A DNA stretch of 32,000 nucleotides. Origin: Moraxella nasovis (GTDB lineage Bacteria; Pseudomonadota; Gammaproteobacteria; Pseudomonadales; Moraxellaceae). A program made the translations under genes and the position numbers. The stretch is taken from positions 1,140,001-1,172,000 of the forward strand of contig NZ_CP089976.1 of the NCBI RefSeq assembly GCF_022701215.1, in the 5' to 3' direction. Below, piece after piece: positions 20,602 through 31,430 of the stretch. Position 1 is the stretch's first letter. The number at the start of each line of letters is the position of its first letter. The notes beneath the pieces were generated by a model. It made no database searches, had not been told where the DNA came from, and saw nothing but the letters and a program-made list of their open reading frames with translations.

Positions 20602-21702
20602 TCACCAAGACACATCAAAGTCAAACACATCGCTAATCTCTTCGCCAAGCGGTGAGACATTATCCACGCTCGGTGTGGCTATCGCATCAAAGTTATCATA
20701 AGCGATAAGGCTTAGCGTCTCGGTCTTATACCGATGGATACGCACAGCTGCCCACGGATACAAAAGCCCTAGGGTTAATATGATGGCAAAATAGTTAGTC
20801 AAGTGAATAAAAGCGAACTTTAATGGGCTAAAATTAACAAGCTCAAAGCGGTTATTGCCTAAGGTTAATTTACCCCAAATTGCTTTATGTACATAGCCTT
20901 GCATAAGTGGTATCACAAGTAGCATTGATAAGTATGCAATGAGAATTAGCCAATGTGTAATAGAGAAGCCACCTTCATTTAAGTTTTTACTTAATAAACC
21001 AATAGCTATCAATGCCAATGCCACCAAGATTAGGATAATCATCGGCAGGATGCACGCCTTATACACGTCCCAAATGCTGGTATTAAAATTGAATTTTAAT
21101 TGTCCAAAATACGTTTCGTTGAATTGATAACGCTTAAACATCCACCACGTTAAAGGAAGTAGTAAACCAAAACTGATAATATTTAATAAAAGTAATAAAA
21201 GTATTGCAATAAACAGTCCATAAGCTGCCCCAAGACCACCATTAAAGGCGAAACGCACATTATTATATTGGCTGTTTCTTGCCATAAAGCGTAACGACGA
21301 ACGCATAAGCCAAGGATAAATGACGAATAATAAGGCAGAGCCTGCGATTGCCACCTCAGGTGAAAACCGCCAAACCGTGCTGACGACAAGATAAATACCG
21401 ATGGCGATGAGTCGTCCGACTAAGATGCGTTTGGGATTGGCAGTAAAATCAAACGTGCGATTATTAAGCTTGGTGTTACCATAAAAGTAGCGTAATCGGC
21501 GTACCTTTGCCCACGGTGAGTAGATGCCAAGCGTTAAGATGGTTAGCACAAGATTGACAATCCAAATCTTAAAATACGCCAAACCTGTACCCAAAAATTC
21601 AAAACGATATGCGGTTGGGTTTTGGTGATGTGGGTTAGGACTTGGGGTAGCTTGTGCAGTAGGTGCAGGTTCGCTAATGTCAGTGTAGATGTTTTTTGAC
21701 AT
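20602..21702 (-). CDS. YjgN/DUF898-family polytopic inner-membrane protein
   Basis: The motif FEFLGTGLAYFKIWIVNLVLTILTLGIYSPWAKVRRLRYFYGNT is repeated in degenerate form near the C-terminus (ILTLGLLYPWAAVRIHRYK). About 8 hydrophobic helices are present. An AAAGGA ribosome-binding site lies upstream. Confidence 0.8.
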   Translation of the reverse strand: MSKNIYTDISEPAPTAQATPSPNPHHQNPTAYRFEFLGTGLAYFKIWIVNLVLTILTLGIYSPWAKVRRLRYFYGNTKLNNRTFDFTANPKRILVGRLIAIGIYLVVSTVWRFSPEVAIAGSALLFVIYPWLMRSSLRFMARNSQYNNVRFAFNGGLGAAYGLFIAILLLLLLNIISFGLLLPLTWWMFKRYQFNETYFGQLKFNFNTSIWDVYKACILPMIILILVALALIAIGLLSKNLNEGGFSITHWLILIAYLSMLLVIPLMQGYVHKAIWGKLTLGNNRFELVNFSPLKFAFIHLTNYFAIILTLGLLYPWAAVRIHRYKTETLSLIAYDNFDAIATPSVDNVSPLGEEISDVFDFDVSW

Positions 21703-21921
21703 ATGAGTCCTTTAAGTAAAAATGATTATTAATTATAAAATCTCATTGTAGCAAGATTATTGCTAAAAATAAACTTGTTAATGACGAGGGTGTACTTATA
21801 AGTTACCATATGAATAATTAAAGTGTATTAAATATCGTGCGTAGTTGGTAGTGCGTATCTGTGCTAAAATGAAAGCAAATGAAGTTAAAGACGTAGTAAA
21901 TGATAAAGTTGTGAGATTAAC

Positions 21922-22530
21922 ATGCAAAAAATTGTCCTAGCCAGTAATAACCAAGGCAAACTTGCTGAATTTGAAAGCTTGTTTGCCAAAGCAAATCTAC
22001 CCTACACCATCACACCCCAAGGCAAGCTTGGCATTAGTGATGCGATAGAAGACGGTTTATCCTTTGTGGAAAATGCCATCATTAAGGCACGCCACGCCAG
22101 TAACGCCAGTGGATTGCCCGCCATCGCGGACGACAGCGGACTTTGTGTGCCGATACTTGGCAATGCACCTGGGATTTATTCGGCACGCTATGCAAGCTTA
22201 ATCGGCGGCGAAAAAAGCGACGCTGCTAATAACGAGCGATTATTAAAAGAGCTTTTGCCACATAGAAAAGATGTACCGATTGCTGGCAAATTTGTTTGTG
22301 TGCTTGTGATGGTGCGTCATGCCAATGACCCTTTGCCCATCATTGCCCAAGGAGAGTGGCAAGGTGAGATTTTAGCACAGCTACAAGGCGATAATGGCTT
22401 TGGCTATGATCCACTGTTTTATATACCAAGCCTTGGCAAATCATCTGCCCAACTGGATAAATCCGCCAAAAATGCCCTCAGCCACCGAGGGCAGGCACTT
22501 GCCAAGCTGATACAATACTTGCGTAACTAA
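21922..22530 (+). CDS. rdgB: Non-canonical purine NTP (dITP/XTP) pyrophosphatase, RdgB/HAM1 family
   Basis: 202 aa. IVLASNNQGKLAEF, ENAIIKARHA, ADDSGL, RYA, GFGYDPLF and SHRGQAL are the RdgB blocks. Confidence 0.92.
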   Translation: MQKIVLASNNQGKLAEFESLFAKANLPYTITPQGKLGISDAIEDGLSFVENAIIKARHASNASGLPAIADDSGLCVPILGNAPGIYSARYASLIGGEKSDAANNERLLKELLPHRKDVPIAGKFVCVLVMVRHANDPLPIIAQGEWQGEILAQLQGDNGFGYDPLFYIPSLGKSSAQLDKSAKNALSHRGQALAKLIQYLRN

Positions 22531-22609
22531 CAGATGAATAGGCTGGGTGTGGATTGTTATGAGTGAGTATGATGCTAAATCACTGTTTTAAATAATCAAA
22601 TGCACTTAG

Positions 22610-22638
22610 TTGTAAGTTTGTCAAAATAAAGCTATAAT
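22610..22638 (+). promoter_or_regulatory. Candidate sigma70 promoter for tig
   Basis: TTGTAA (22610-22615), a 17 nt spacer, then TATAAT (22633-22638). The site lies about 75 nt upstream of the tig ATG. Confidence 0.45.
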
Positions 22639-22712
22639 AATTGGTCTTTGTTATTTTTCAGGCATTTGGAAGTTTGCCTGTCCAGATTTTTAAACAATTT
22701 TAAGGTGAAACT

Positions 22713-24050
22713 ATGAGCAATTTAGACATTACATTAAACGTCATTTCTGACAAAGAGGCGCAGCTGACCGTTAAAGTTCCTGTGGGTCAAATCCAAGGTA
22801 AAGTAGAAAGCCGTATTCGTAGTCTAGCTAAGACCGCTAAGATTGATGGTTTTCGTAAAGGTAAAGTGCCTGTGTCGCACATTCGTGCCCAATATGGTGC
22901 AGGTATTCAGCAAGAGGTGATTAACGATGTTATTCGTGATACGGTATTTGAAGCACTAAGCGAGAAAAAAGTGCGTGCTGTTGGCGTGCCAAACATTGAT
23001 GATGTCAAGCTTGAAAATGAATTTTTGGTATATCAAGCCACCGTTGAGACTTTCCCAGAAGTGCAAGTGCAAGGCTTAAGCGAGATTGAAGTTGAGCGTC
23101 AAGTAGCCAGCGTGTCTGATGAAGATGTGGACACCATGATTGAAAACCTACAAAAACAACGCCAAACTTTTGAAGTAAAAGAGGGTGAGGTTGTTGATGG
23201 TGATCAGGTGTTATTTGACTTTGAAGGCTCGATTGATGGTGAGAAGTTTGAAGGTGGTGCAGCCACAGACTATACGCTGGTTATCGGTTCAGGTCAGATG
23301 ATTCCTGGCTTTGAAGATGGTATTAAAGGCATGAAAGCAGGCGAAGAAAAAACCATCAAGGTAACTTTCCCTGAAGATTACCAAGCTGAAAATTTGGCAG
23401 GTAAAGAAGCTGATTTTAAAATCAACGTAAAAGAGGTTAAAGAAGCTAAATTGCCAGAGCTTAATGAGGAGTTTTTTGAGCTGTTTGGTGTGACAGAAGG
23501 CGGTCTAGATAAGCTAAAAGTAGACGTGCGTAAAAACATGGAGCGTGAGATTAAGAACGCTACCCGTAACCAAGTTAAGCAAGCTGCTTTTGACGCACTG
23601 CTTGAGAAGAATGAATTTGACGTGCCAAAAGCCATGCTAGAGCAAGAAATTGATCGTCAACGTCAGCAAATGCTACAACGTTTCGCTCAGCAGTTTGGCG
23701 GTAATGCAAACTTTGGTGCAGATATGCTACCAAATGAGTTGTTTGAAGATCAAGCCTTACGTTCGGTACGCCTTGGGGTGCTGGTTAGCCAAATCATCGA
23801 GAAAAATAACCTAACAGTGGATCAAGACCGTGTTACAGCATTCATTAAAGAAGCCGCTGAAAATTATGAAGATCCAAACGAAGTGATCGAGTACTACACC
23901 AATGATAAACAGCAACGTGCTGGCGTAGAAGCGGTAGTTTTAGAAGATCAAGTGGTAGATTATCTGCTTGAGCAAGGTAAAGTCACTGATAAAGAGGTGA
24001 AATACCAAGATTTGTTAGCAGCATCGCAAAAAGCTCAATCTCAGTTCTAA
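22713..24050 (+). CDS. tig: Trigger factor
   Basis: 445 aa. The ribosome-binding signature GFRKGKVP is present, with a central FKBP-type PPIase domain ([14 protein letters not shown]...[15 protein letters not shown]). The tig-clpP-clpX synteny supports the call. Confidence 0.96.
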   Translation: MSNLDITLNVISDKEAQLTVKVPVGQIQGKVESRIRSLAKTAKIDGFRKGKVPVSHIRAQYGAGIQQEVINDVIRDTVFEALSEKKVRAVGVPNIDDVKLENEFLVYQATVETFPEVQVQGLSEIEVERQVASVSDEDVDTMIENLQKQRQTFEVKEGEVVDGDQVLFDFEGSIDGEKFEGGAATDYTLVIGSGQMIPGFEDGIKGMKAGEEKTIKVTFPEDYQAENLAGKEADFKINVKEVKEAKLPELNEEFFELFGVTEGGLDKLKVDVRKNMEREIKNATRNQVKQAAFDALLEKNEFDVPKAMLEQEIDRQRQQMLQRFAQQFGGNANFGADMLPNELFEDQALRSVRLGVLVSQIIEKNNLTVDQDRVTAFIKEAAENYEDPNEVIEYYTNDKQQRAGVEAVVLEDQVVDYLLEQGKVTDKEVKYQDLLAASQKAQSQF

Positions 24051-24073
24051 TCTTAACCAGTTAACCAAGTTAG

Positions 24074-24106
24074 ATACCCTAGCGGACTGCTGGGGTATTT
24101 TTTTTT
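24074..24106 (+). terminator. Intrinsic terminator after tig
   Basis: ATACCCTAGC (24074-24083) pairs with GCTGGGGTAT (24089-24098), with one G-U pair and a 5 nt loop, followed by about 9 T. Confidence 0.8.
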
Positions 24107-24210
24107 GCCGTATTTGCGTGCATTTTATGATAAAATGGGCAGTATCTATTGCTAAATTTATGACGAAAGTTCCCAAAGATATTTGACAAGCTTATAAGGA
24201 AAAATTTTTT

Positions 24211-24873
24211 ATGTTAAATTTGAAACAAAATCCGTATTTTGATCAACTCAGTGATACTTTTCACACCGCACCACAGTCTGCCCTAGTGCCGATGGTGATT
24301 GAGCAATCAGGACGTGGTGAGCGTTCTTTTGATATTTTTTCACGTCTTTTGCGTGAGCGTGTGATTTTTTTGACAGGGCAGGTTGAAGATAATATGGCAA
24401 ACTTAATTGTCGCTCAGCTTTTGTTTTTAGAAGCGGATAACCCTGAAAAAGACATTCATGTGTATATTAATTCACCAGGTGGCGTGGTAACCGCAGGCAT
24501 GGCGATTTATGACACCATGAATTTTATCAAGCCCGATGTATCAACCATCTGTATGGGGCAAGCAGCGAGTATGGGCTCGTTCTTGCTGTCAGCAGGTCAA
24601 AAGGGCAAGCGTTATGCTTTGGCGAACTCTCGCATCATGATTCATCAGCCTTTGGGTGGTTTTCGTGGACAAGCGTCTGATATCGAGATTCACGCTCGTG
24701 AAATCATTCAGCTAAAAGCCAAGCTAAATCAACTGCTTGCCGAGCATACAGGACAGCCCATTGAGGTGCTTGAGCGTGATACTGACCGTGATAACTTTAT
24801 GAGTGCTAAGCGTGCGATGGAATACGGTTTGGTGGATACAGTACTTGATAAGCGTCCAAAATCTCTATCATAA
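24211..24873 (+). CDS. clpP: ATP-dependent Clp protease proteolytic subunit
   Basis: The catalytic Ser block is [11 protein letters not shown] and the His block is [30 protein letters not shown] marks the mature N-terminus after a ~25 aa leader. Confidence 0.96.
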   Translation: MLNLKQNPYFDQLSDTFHTAPQSALVPMVIEQSGRGERSFDIFSRLLRERVIFLTGQVEDNMANLIVAQLLFLEADNPEKDIHVYINSPGGVVTAGMAIYDTMNFIKPDVSTICMGQAASMGSFLLSAGQKGKRYALANSRIMIHQPLGGFRGQASDIEIHAREIIQLKAKLNQLLAEHTGQPIEVLERDTDRDNFMSAKRAMEYGLVDTVLDKRPKSLS

Positions 24874-24888
24874 ATACGTGGAAAGACT

Positions 24889-26166
24889 ATGAGTAATGAA
24901 ATTGAACGCTGCGATTTTTGTGGCAAAACCAAAAGTGAAGTTAAAAAGCTTATCGCAGGTGAGCAAGCAAGCATCTGCAATGAATGCGTGCAATTATGCG
25001 GTGAGATGGTGGGCGGATTGACTAAACAGAGAACAACAAATACCGCCAAAGCTGAACCGATTAAAGCGATAAAACAAGACGATGATAATGAGCATTGGGC
25101 AAATGTCAAGCTACCGACACCAAAAGAGCTGCGTGCTCACTTAGATGATTATGTTATCGGTCAAGACACTGCCAAAAAAACGTTGTCAGTTGCGGTATAT
25201 AACCACTATAAACGCCTAAAAAACCATGCTACTTTAGATAAGAAAGTCGGTGCACCTGAGATAGCTAAGAGTAACGTACTGTTAATCGGACCAACAGGAT
25301 CGGGTAAGACTTTACTGGCACAGACTTTGGCTCGTTCGCTTAATGTGCCGTTTGCGATGGCGGACGCTACGACGTTAACTGAAGCAGGTTATGTGGGCGA
25401 AGATGTTGAAAATATCATTCGTAAGCTCTTACAGGCTGCTGATTACGATGTTGAGAAGACTCAGCGTGGTATTATCTATATTGATGAGATTGATAAAATC
25501 ACCAAAAAAAGCGAAAACGTCTCCATCACTCGTGATGTATCGGGCGAAGGCGTGCAGCAAGCTTTGTTAAAACTTATCGAGGGTACGGTTGCCAGCGTGC
25601 CACCACAGGGTGGACGCAAACACCCTGGCAAAGAAACCATTGAAGTGGATACCAGTAATATTTTGGTCATTGTTGGTGGTGCGTTTGCAGGGCTTGATAA
25701 AATCATTCAGCAACGTACCGAAAAAACAGGTATCGGCTTTAATGCTGACGTTAAAGCTCCTGAAGAGACAAGTGTGGGTGAGCTGTTTCGTGAAGTTGAG
25801 CCAGAAGATTTGATTAAGTTTGGGATTATTCCTGAGTTTATCGGACGTCTGCCTGTGATTGCAACTTTAGAAGAGCTTGATGAAGAGGCTTTGGTGCAGA
25901 TTTTGACCGAGCCACAAAACGCCCTAACCAAGCAGTATGAATATCTGTTTGAGATGGAAGGGGTGGAGCTATCTTTTGATAAAGATGCACTTATTGCCAT
26001 TGCCAAGCAAGCGATGAAGCGTAAGACGGGAGCAAGGGGGCTTCGCTCTATTATTGAGAATGCCTTACTTGAGACAATGTACGAACTGCCAAGCATGACA
26101 GGCGTCTCTAAGATTACTGTGGATAAGGCGGTAATTGATGATGGAGCACAGCCTAAAACGGACTAA
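24889..26166 (+). CDS. clpX: ATP-dependent Clp protease ATP-binding subunit ClpX
   Basis: The N-terminal zinc-binding domain is CDFCGK...ICNECV. Walker A (GPTGSGKT), Walker B (IIYIDEIDK), the pore loop GYVG and the IGF loop (TGIGF) are all present. Confidence 0.97.
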   Translation: MSNEIERCDFCGKTKSEVKKLIAGEQASICNECVQLCGEMVGGLTKQRTTNTAKAEPIKAIKQDDDNEHWANVKLPTPKELRAHLDDYVIGQDTAKKTLSVAVYNHYKRLKNHATLDKKVGAPEIAKSNVLLIGPTGSGKTLLAQTLARSLNVPFAMADATTLTEAGYVGEDVENIIRKLLQAADYDVEKTQRGIIYIDEIDKITKKSENVSITRDVSGEGVQQALLKLIEGTVASVPPQGGRKHPGKETIEVDTSNILVIVGGAFAGLDKIIQQRTEKTGIGFNADVKAPEETSVGELFREVEPEDLIKFGIIPEFIGRLPVIATLEELDEEALVQILTEPQNALTKQYEYLFEMEGVELSFDKDALIAIAKQAMKRKTGARGLRSIIENALLETMYELPSMTGVSKITVDKAVIDDGAQPKTD

Positions 26167-26170
26167 TCTT

Positions 26171-26197
26171 AAAACCACTCGCAATGAGTGGTTTTTT
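26171..26197 (+). terminator. Intrinsic terminator after clpX
   Basis: AAAACCACTC (26171-26180) pairs perfectly with GAGTGGTTTT (26186-26195), with a 5 nt loop and a T run. Confidence 0.8.
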
Positions 26198-26231
26198 ATG
26201 ACCAGTGATTTTGATTTTGCTTAAAATGAGC

Positions 26232-26245
26232 TGACTGCACAGTCA
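26232..26245. promoter_or_regulatory. Inverted repeat upstream of fadBA (candidate operator)
   Basis: TGACTG-CA-CAGTCA has perfect 6 bp arms. It lies about 95 nt upstream of the fadB ATG. No match to a remembered FadR or PsrA consensus is claimed. Confidence 0.25.
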
Positions 26246-26338
26246 ATTTTTATCTTTTTTGCCAAAATTGCTTGTGATATAGTGAGAGCATCTATCTTTT
26301 ATAATCAGTTGTATTAACCCAAAAAAAAAGGAGCAACC

Positions 26339-28492
26339 ATGATTTACCAAGGAAAACGCATTCAAGTAAATCTACTTGACGGTACGGCAGGCATCGCCAA
26401 AATGCACTTTAATGCCGAAGATGAGAGCGTCAATAAGTTTGACAAATCAACCAATGATGAATTTAGACAAGCTGTGATTGCCTTAGAAAATGCTAAAAAT
26501 ATCAAAGGCTTAATTGTAACATCAGGCAAAAAAGTCTTTATCGCAGGGGCAGATATTACTGAATTTGTGGCGTATTTTCAAAAAGATGTCAGCGAGCTTG
26601 AAGATTGGCTGCTTGACATTAATAACACTTTTAACCGCTTTGAAGATTTGCCATTTCCCAAAGTGTGTGCCATTAATGGAGCGGCGTTGGGCGGTGGCTG
26701 TGAGATGACGCTCGTCTGTGAGTACCGTGTGATGGCGACATCGGCAAGCATTGGTTTTCCTGAAACCAAACTTGGTATTTTCCCAGGCTTTGGTGGTTCG
26801 GTGCGTAGTCCACGCATTATCGGCATTGATAACGCTTTAGAGCTGATTGCCACAGCAAATCCTTTAAAACCTGCCAACGCCTTAGCATCAGGCTTGGTAG
26901 ATGCACTGGTGAGTGATGATAAATTAGAAGCATCTGCTCTTGATTTGGTGAATAAATGTATTAAAGGCGAGCTTGACTGGCAAGCCAAACGAGCCGAAAA
27001 ATTAGAGCCTGTTAAATTGCCTAAACTTGAGCAAACGATGGTCTTTAACTCTGCTAAAGCGGTGATATTTGCAAAGGCTAACCCTAAGCATTATCCTGCC
27101 ATAGCACTTGCCATTGAAGCGATTGAACAGCATGTCAATCTGCCACGAGATAAAGCCATTGCCATTGAAGCTAAAAACTTTGCTTTATCTGCCAAAACAC
27201 CGCAAGCGGCTGCCTTAGTGGGCGTGTTTTTAAACGACCAACTGGTCAAAAAACGTGCCAAACAACACGCCAAAAATGCCCATGACATCGCCCACTCTGC
27301 CGTTATCGGAGCGGGTATTATGGGCGGTGGCATCGCTTATCAATCAGCAGTGAAAGGTCTGCCGATTACCCTAAAAGACATTAAAGCTGACCAGCTTAAT
27401 TTGGGTATGAATGAAGCTAATAAGCTGTTATCCAAACAAGTAGAGCGTGGCAAATTAACACCTGCTAAGATGGGTGAGACGCTTAGTAAAATCCGCCCAA
27501 CCTTAACTGATGGCGACTTTGATGGTGTAGATATCGTCATTGAAGCGGTGGTAGAAAACCCAAACGTCAAAAAAAGCGTGCTAAGTGATGTAGAAAATTT
27601 GGTCAAAGATGACTGTATTTTAGCATCAAACACATCTACCATTAGCATTACCGAGCTTGCCAAATCGCTAAAACGCCCAGAAAATTTTGTGGGTATGCAC
27701 TTTTTTAATCCTGTACACCGTATGCCCCTAGTAGAAGTGGTGCGTGGCGAAAAATCCAGCGATGAAGCGATAGCAACCACTGTGGCATTGGCCCAAAAAA
27801 TGGGTAAAACGCCGATTGTGGTTAACGATTGTGCTGGGTTTTTGGTGAATCGGGTGTTATTTCCGTATTTTGGGGCGTTTGAGTTACTGCTTAAAGATGG
27901 AGCGGATTTTGTCAAAATTGATAAAGTCATGGAGCAATTTGGCATGCCGATGGGGCCTGCGTATCTGATGGACGTGGTTGGCTTGGATACAGGCGTGCAT
28001 GGGGCAAGCGTTATGGCACAAGGCTATCCTGATCGCATGAAACCTAATTATCAAGGCAGTATTGAAACTTTATTTAAGGCAAATCGCTTGGGACAAAAAA
28101 ACGGCGTAGGCTTTTATAAATATGAAACTGACAAAAAAGGCAAGCCTAAAAAACTCACCGACCCAAGTGTTAATGATCTGCTAAATGCGATCAATGATAC
28201 ACCAAAAGACATCGATGAGCGTGAAATTGTCGAGCGTATGATGGTGGCGTTTTGTACCGAAACGGTACGCTGCCTTGAAGATAATATTGTGGCAAGTGCA
28301 GGCGAAGCAGATATGGCAATGCTGCTTGGGCTTGGATTTCCACCGTTTCGTGGTGGACCGTGCCGATACATTGACCAGTTTGGCGTAAAACAATTTGTGG
28401 CATTGTGCGATAAATATGCTCATCTTGGTAAGGCGTATGAAGCCCCTGCCTTATTGCGTAAAATGGCACAAAATGGCGAGACGTTTTATTGA
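26339..28492 (+). CDS. fadB: Fatty-acid oxidation complex alpha subunit (enoyl-CoA hydratase / 3-hydroxyacyl-CoA dehydrogenase)
   Basis: 717 aa. The N-terminal crotonase fold is [10 protein letters not shown]...GGGCEM...PETKLGI.PGFGG. The central NAD-binding motif is [12 protein letters not shown]. The fadB-fadA synteny supports the call. Confidence 0.95.
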   Translation: MIYQGKRIQVNLLDGTAGIAKMHFNAEDESVNKFDKSTNDEFRQAVIALENAKNIKGLIVTSGKKVFIAGADITEFVAYFQKDVSELEDWLLDINNTFNRFEDLPFPKVCAINGAALGGGCEMTLVCEYRVMATSASIGFPETKLGIFPGFGGSVRSPRIIGIDNALELIATANPLKPANALASGLVDALVSDDKLEASALDLVNKCIKGELDWQAKRAEKLEPVKLPKLEQTMVFNSAKAVIFAKANPKHYPAIALAIEAIEQHVNLPRDKAIAIEAKNFALSAKTPQAAALVGVFLNDQLVKKRAKQHAKNAHDIAHSAVIGAGIMGGGIAYQSAVKGLPITLKDIKADQLNLGMNEANKLLSKQVERGKLTPAKMGETLSKIRPTLTDGDFDGVDIVIEAVVENPNVKKSVLSDVENLVKDDCILASNTSTISITELAKSLKRPENFVGMHFFNPVHRMPLVEVVRGEKSSDEAIATTVALAQKMGKTPIVVNDCAGFLVNRVLFPYFGAFELLLKDGADFVKIDKVMEQFGMPMGPAYLMDVVGLDTGVHGASVMAQGYPDRMKPNYQGSIETLFKANRLGQKNGVGFYKYETDKKGKPKKLTDPSVNDLLNAINDTPKDIDEREIVERMMVAFCTETVRCLEDNIVASAGEADMAMLLGLGFPPFRGGPCRYIDQFGVKQFVALCDKYAHLGKAYEAPALLRKMAQNGETFY

Positions 28493-28496
28493 TTAA

Positions 28497-29687
<1,191 letters not shown>

Positions 29688-29765
29688 GCGACAAGCCACA
29701 TTAGCTAGGCTATACAGTCAAAAAAAAAGCCGCTTAGACTAAAAATTATTGATTTTAAAAATACC

Positions 29766-29798
29766 ACACCGTTTTTATAAGTAAAGACGGTGTTTTTT
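29766..29798 (+). terminator. Intrinsic terminator after fadA
   Basis: ACACCGT (29766-29772) pairs with ACGGTGT (29787-29793), followed by TTTTTT. The loop is fairly large at 14 nt. Confidence 0.5.
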
Positions 29799-30000
29799 AT
29801 GTCAAAATCACTAAGTTATAGCTTATTCATCTGTGTAAATGGGTATTATTGATATTGTATTAAGCAAACAGGGCTGATGAAGCGACCGATTACGGTTTTA
29901 CAAAATGTTATAAATTGTAATCTGTGCTATCAAAATAAGTGTAATCAGTGTATTATAATTGATTTACAACGTTTACTTTGTTTAATTTGTAAGGATTAAT

Positions 30001-30543
30001 ATGAAACTTTATACCAAGCTTTTTGCTGCCGTTATGTTTGCAGGTATAGCGGTTCAGGCAGGTGCTGTATTACCACAAGCTGACTCAGATACACTTTCAA
30101 CAACCACCAAGAGCATTACGCCAAGCCAGCAAGTTATGCTACCAGAAGGAGCAAATGTCACTGCTGCGGTGAATGCATTTGTGGTGTCACATGATGCCCA
30201 AGGTCAAGAAATCTTAACACCGATTGATTTAGGCTCTTATGTTACCCAAGGCAACACAGTAGAGTATCGTGGATTATTTACAAATGCAGGTGAGCATCGT
30301 GTTCGCAAGATGACAGTCAGTGTTAGCATTCCTAATGGTGCTGAGCTTGTGGGTGATATTGAGCCTAAGCGTGGTCAAGCCACCGCTGATGGTAATCTGT
30401 ACACCGCCATGCCTTTGCGTATGAATGTCAATGGTCAGATTCAGCCAATACCACTATCATACTACCAAGGTTTGCGTTGGCAGATAGAAGATCTTGGCGT
30501 GGGTGCGACAGCAGTAGTTAAATACCGTGCTAAAATTAAGTAA
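30001..30543 (+). CDS. Small secreted protein with a DUF11-like (Ig-like beta-sandwich) domain
   Basis: Signal peptide MKLYTKLFAAVMFAGIAVQAGA. The core GNTVEYRGLFTNAGEHRVRKMTVSVSIPNGAELVG resembles the DUF11 'conserved repeat domain' pattern (Gd.v.Y...v.N.G...a.nv.v.d.iP.g). An AAGGA ribosome-binding site is present. Confidence 0.6.
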   Translation: MKLYTKLFAAVMFAGIAVQAGAVLPQADSDTLSTTTKSITPSQQVMLPEGANVTAAVNAFVVSHDAQGQEILTPIDLGSYVTQGNTVEYRGLFTNAGEHRVRKMTVSVSIPNGAELVGDIEPKRGQATADGNLYTAMPLRMNVNGQIQPIPLSYYQGLRWQIEDLGVGATAVVKYRAKIK

Positions 30544-30551
30544 TGTTTAAT

Positions 30552-30579
30552 AAGCCAAATGCTGTGCGTTTGGTTTTTT
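30552..30579 (+). terminator. Weak intrinsic terminator after the secreted-protein gene
   Basis: AGCCAAA pairs with TTTGGTT (one G-U pair) with a 9 nt loop, followed by TTTTT. Confidence 0.4.
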
Positions 30580-30706
30580 AGCATGCTGATATATTTGAGT
30601 ATACTGGTATAGACGATGGGTTTGTCAAGTACAAAAACCTTAATTATCTGCCAAAATACGATACACTAAAAGTAATAAAATAGCCAAACTTGAAAAAGGA
30701 TAAGCC

Positions 30707-31168
30707 ATGGAAAACATCGATATTTTTACCGCATTAATCAAATCTCACGACGTGCAACGAAAACTGTGCGACAGCTTAGAGATGAGTTTAAAGGATAAAG
30801 ACCGTAAGCAAGCTGAGCAGCGTTATGAGCCACTTAGAATTGAGCTGCAAGCCCATGCCGCTGCCGAAGAGCGTCATCTGTATGTGCCTGTCATGAAGTT
30901 TGATGATGGCCTTGACCTGTCTCGTCATGCGATTGCTGAACATCATGAGATGGATGAGATGATGCAAGTGCTAAGCGATGGACGCACTGGCGATGAGCGA
31001 TTCTTTGAAACAGCAACAAAGCTAATTGATGAAGTTCGCCATCATCTTAAAGAAGAAGAAAATAATTTTTTTAAGGACGCAAAACAATTGCTAGATACAC
31101 AAACTCAAAAACGGCTTGGTGTGCTGTATCAGGCTGAGCATGAGTCTTTTGAAGAGCGTAATGATTAA
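30707..31168 (+). CDS. Hemerythrin (HHE cation-binding) domain protein
   Basis: 153 aa. His/Glu ligand spacing typical of hemerythrin-like four-helix bundles is present: HDVQRKL, HAAAEERHLY, HAIAEHHEMDE and VRHHLKEEE. An AAGGA ribosome-binding site is present. Confidence 0.8.
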   Translation: MENIDIFTALIKSHDVQRKLCDSLEMSLKDKDRKQAEQRYEPLRIELQAHAAAEERHLYVPVMKFDDGLDLSRHAIAEHHEMDEMMQVLSDGRTGDERFFETATKLIDEVRHHLKEEENNFFKDAKQLLDTQTQKRLGVLYQAEHESFEERND

Positions 31169-31174
31169 TACGAC

Positions 31175-31203
31175 AAGCCCACTTAAAATAGTGGGCTTTG
31201 TTT
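31175..31203 (+). terminator. Intrinsic terminator after the hemerythrin gene
   Basis: AAGCCCACT (31175-31183) pairs perfectly with AGTGGGCTT (31190-31198), followed by a T-rich tail TGTTTGGTTTATTTGTTTTTT. Confidence 0.6.
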
Positions 31204-31408
31204 GGTTTATTTGTTTTTTCTGCCTTGCACCGCTTTAAAGCGTGGATTGGATTTATAATCACAAAGGTGCGACCATGCTGGCGGATGATTTGATAATTTT
31301 CATGGCGGTTTGACGGGCTTTAAAAAAAAGAACTTGTATATTGTTTCCTTATGTTGTTATAAAGTAAAATCATGATATAACAACTTTCGTTATCATACAA
31401 TTATATTA

Positions 31409-31430
31409 AGAAAAACCTTCATTAAAGGTT
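31409..31430 (-). terminator. Possible terminator of dusC (minus strand)
   Basis: AACCTT/AAGGTT forms a 6 bp stem overlapping the dusC stop codon, followed on the minus strand by TTTTT (plus-strand GAAAAA at 31410-31415). The stem is short. Confidence 0.35.

Noticed and set aside
24107-24210. Possible sigma32 heat-shock promoter upstream of clpP (TTGCTAA ... TCCCAAAGAT)
   Set aside because: It resembles the CTTGAAA / CCCCATnT consensus only loosely. The match is too weak to annotate from sequence alone.
24211-24290. Longer-than-usual ClpP N-terminal leader (~25 aa before ALVPMVIEQ)
   Set aside because: ClpP pro-peptides vary in length and are removed autocatalytically. No alternative in-frame start exists, so this is not anomalous.
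26167-26338. Absence of lon (and hupB) after clpX, where enterics have tig-clpP-clpX-lon
   Set aside because: A clean terminator follows clpX and there is no gene remnant or scar. Gene order downstream of clpX varies among gamma-proteobacterial families, so this is not evidence of a deletion or insertion.
27340-27945. 201 aa minus-strand ORF inside fadB, plus similar ones at 26578-26988, 27091-27333 and 28114-28469
   Set aside because: These are shadow ORFs antisense to a well-supported FadB frame. Their Ser/Pro/Thr/Ala-rich translations are typical of antisense frames, and they lack translation signals.
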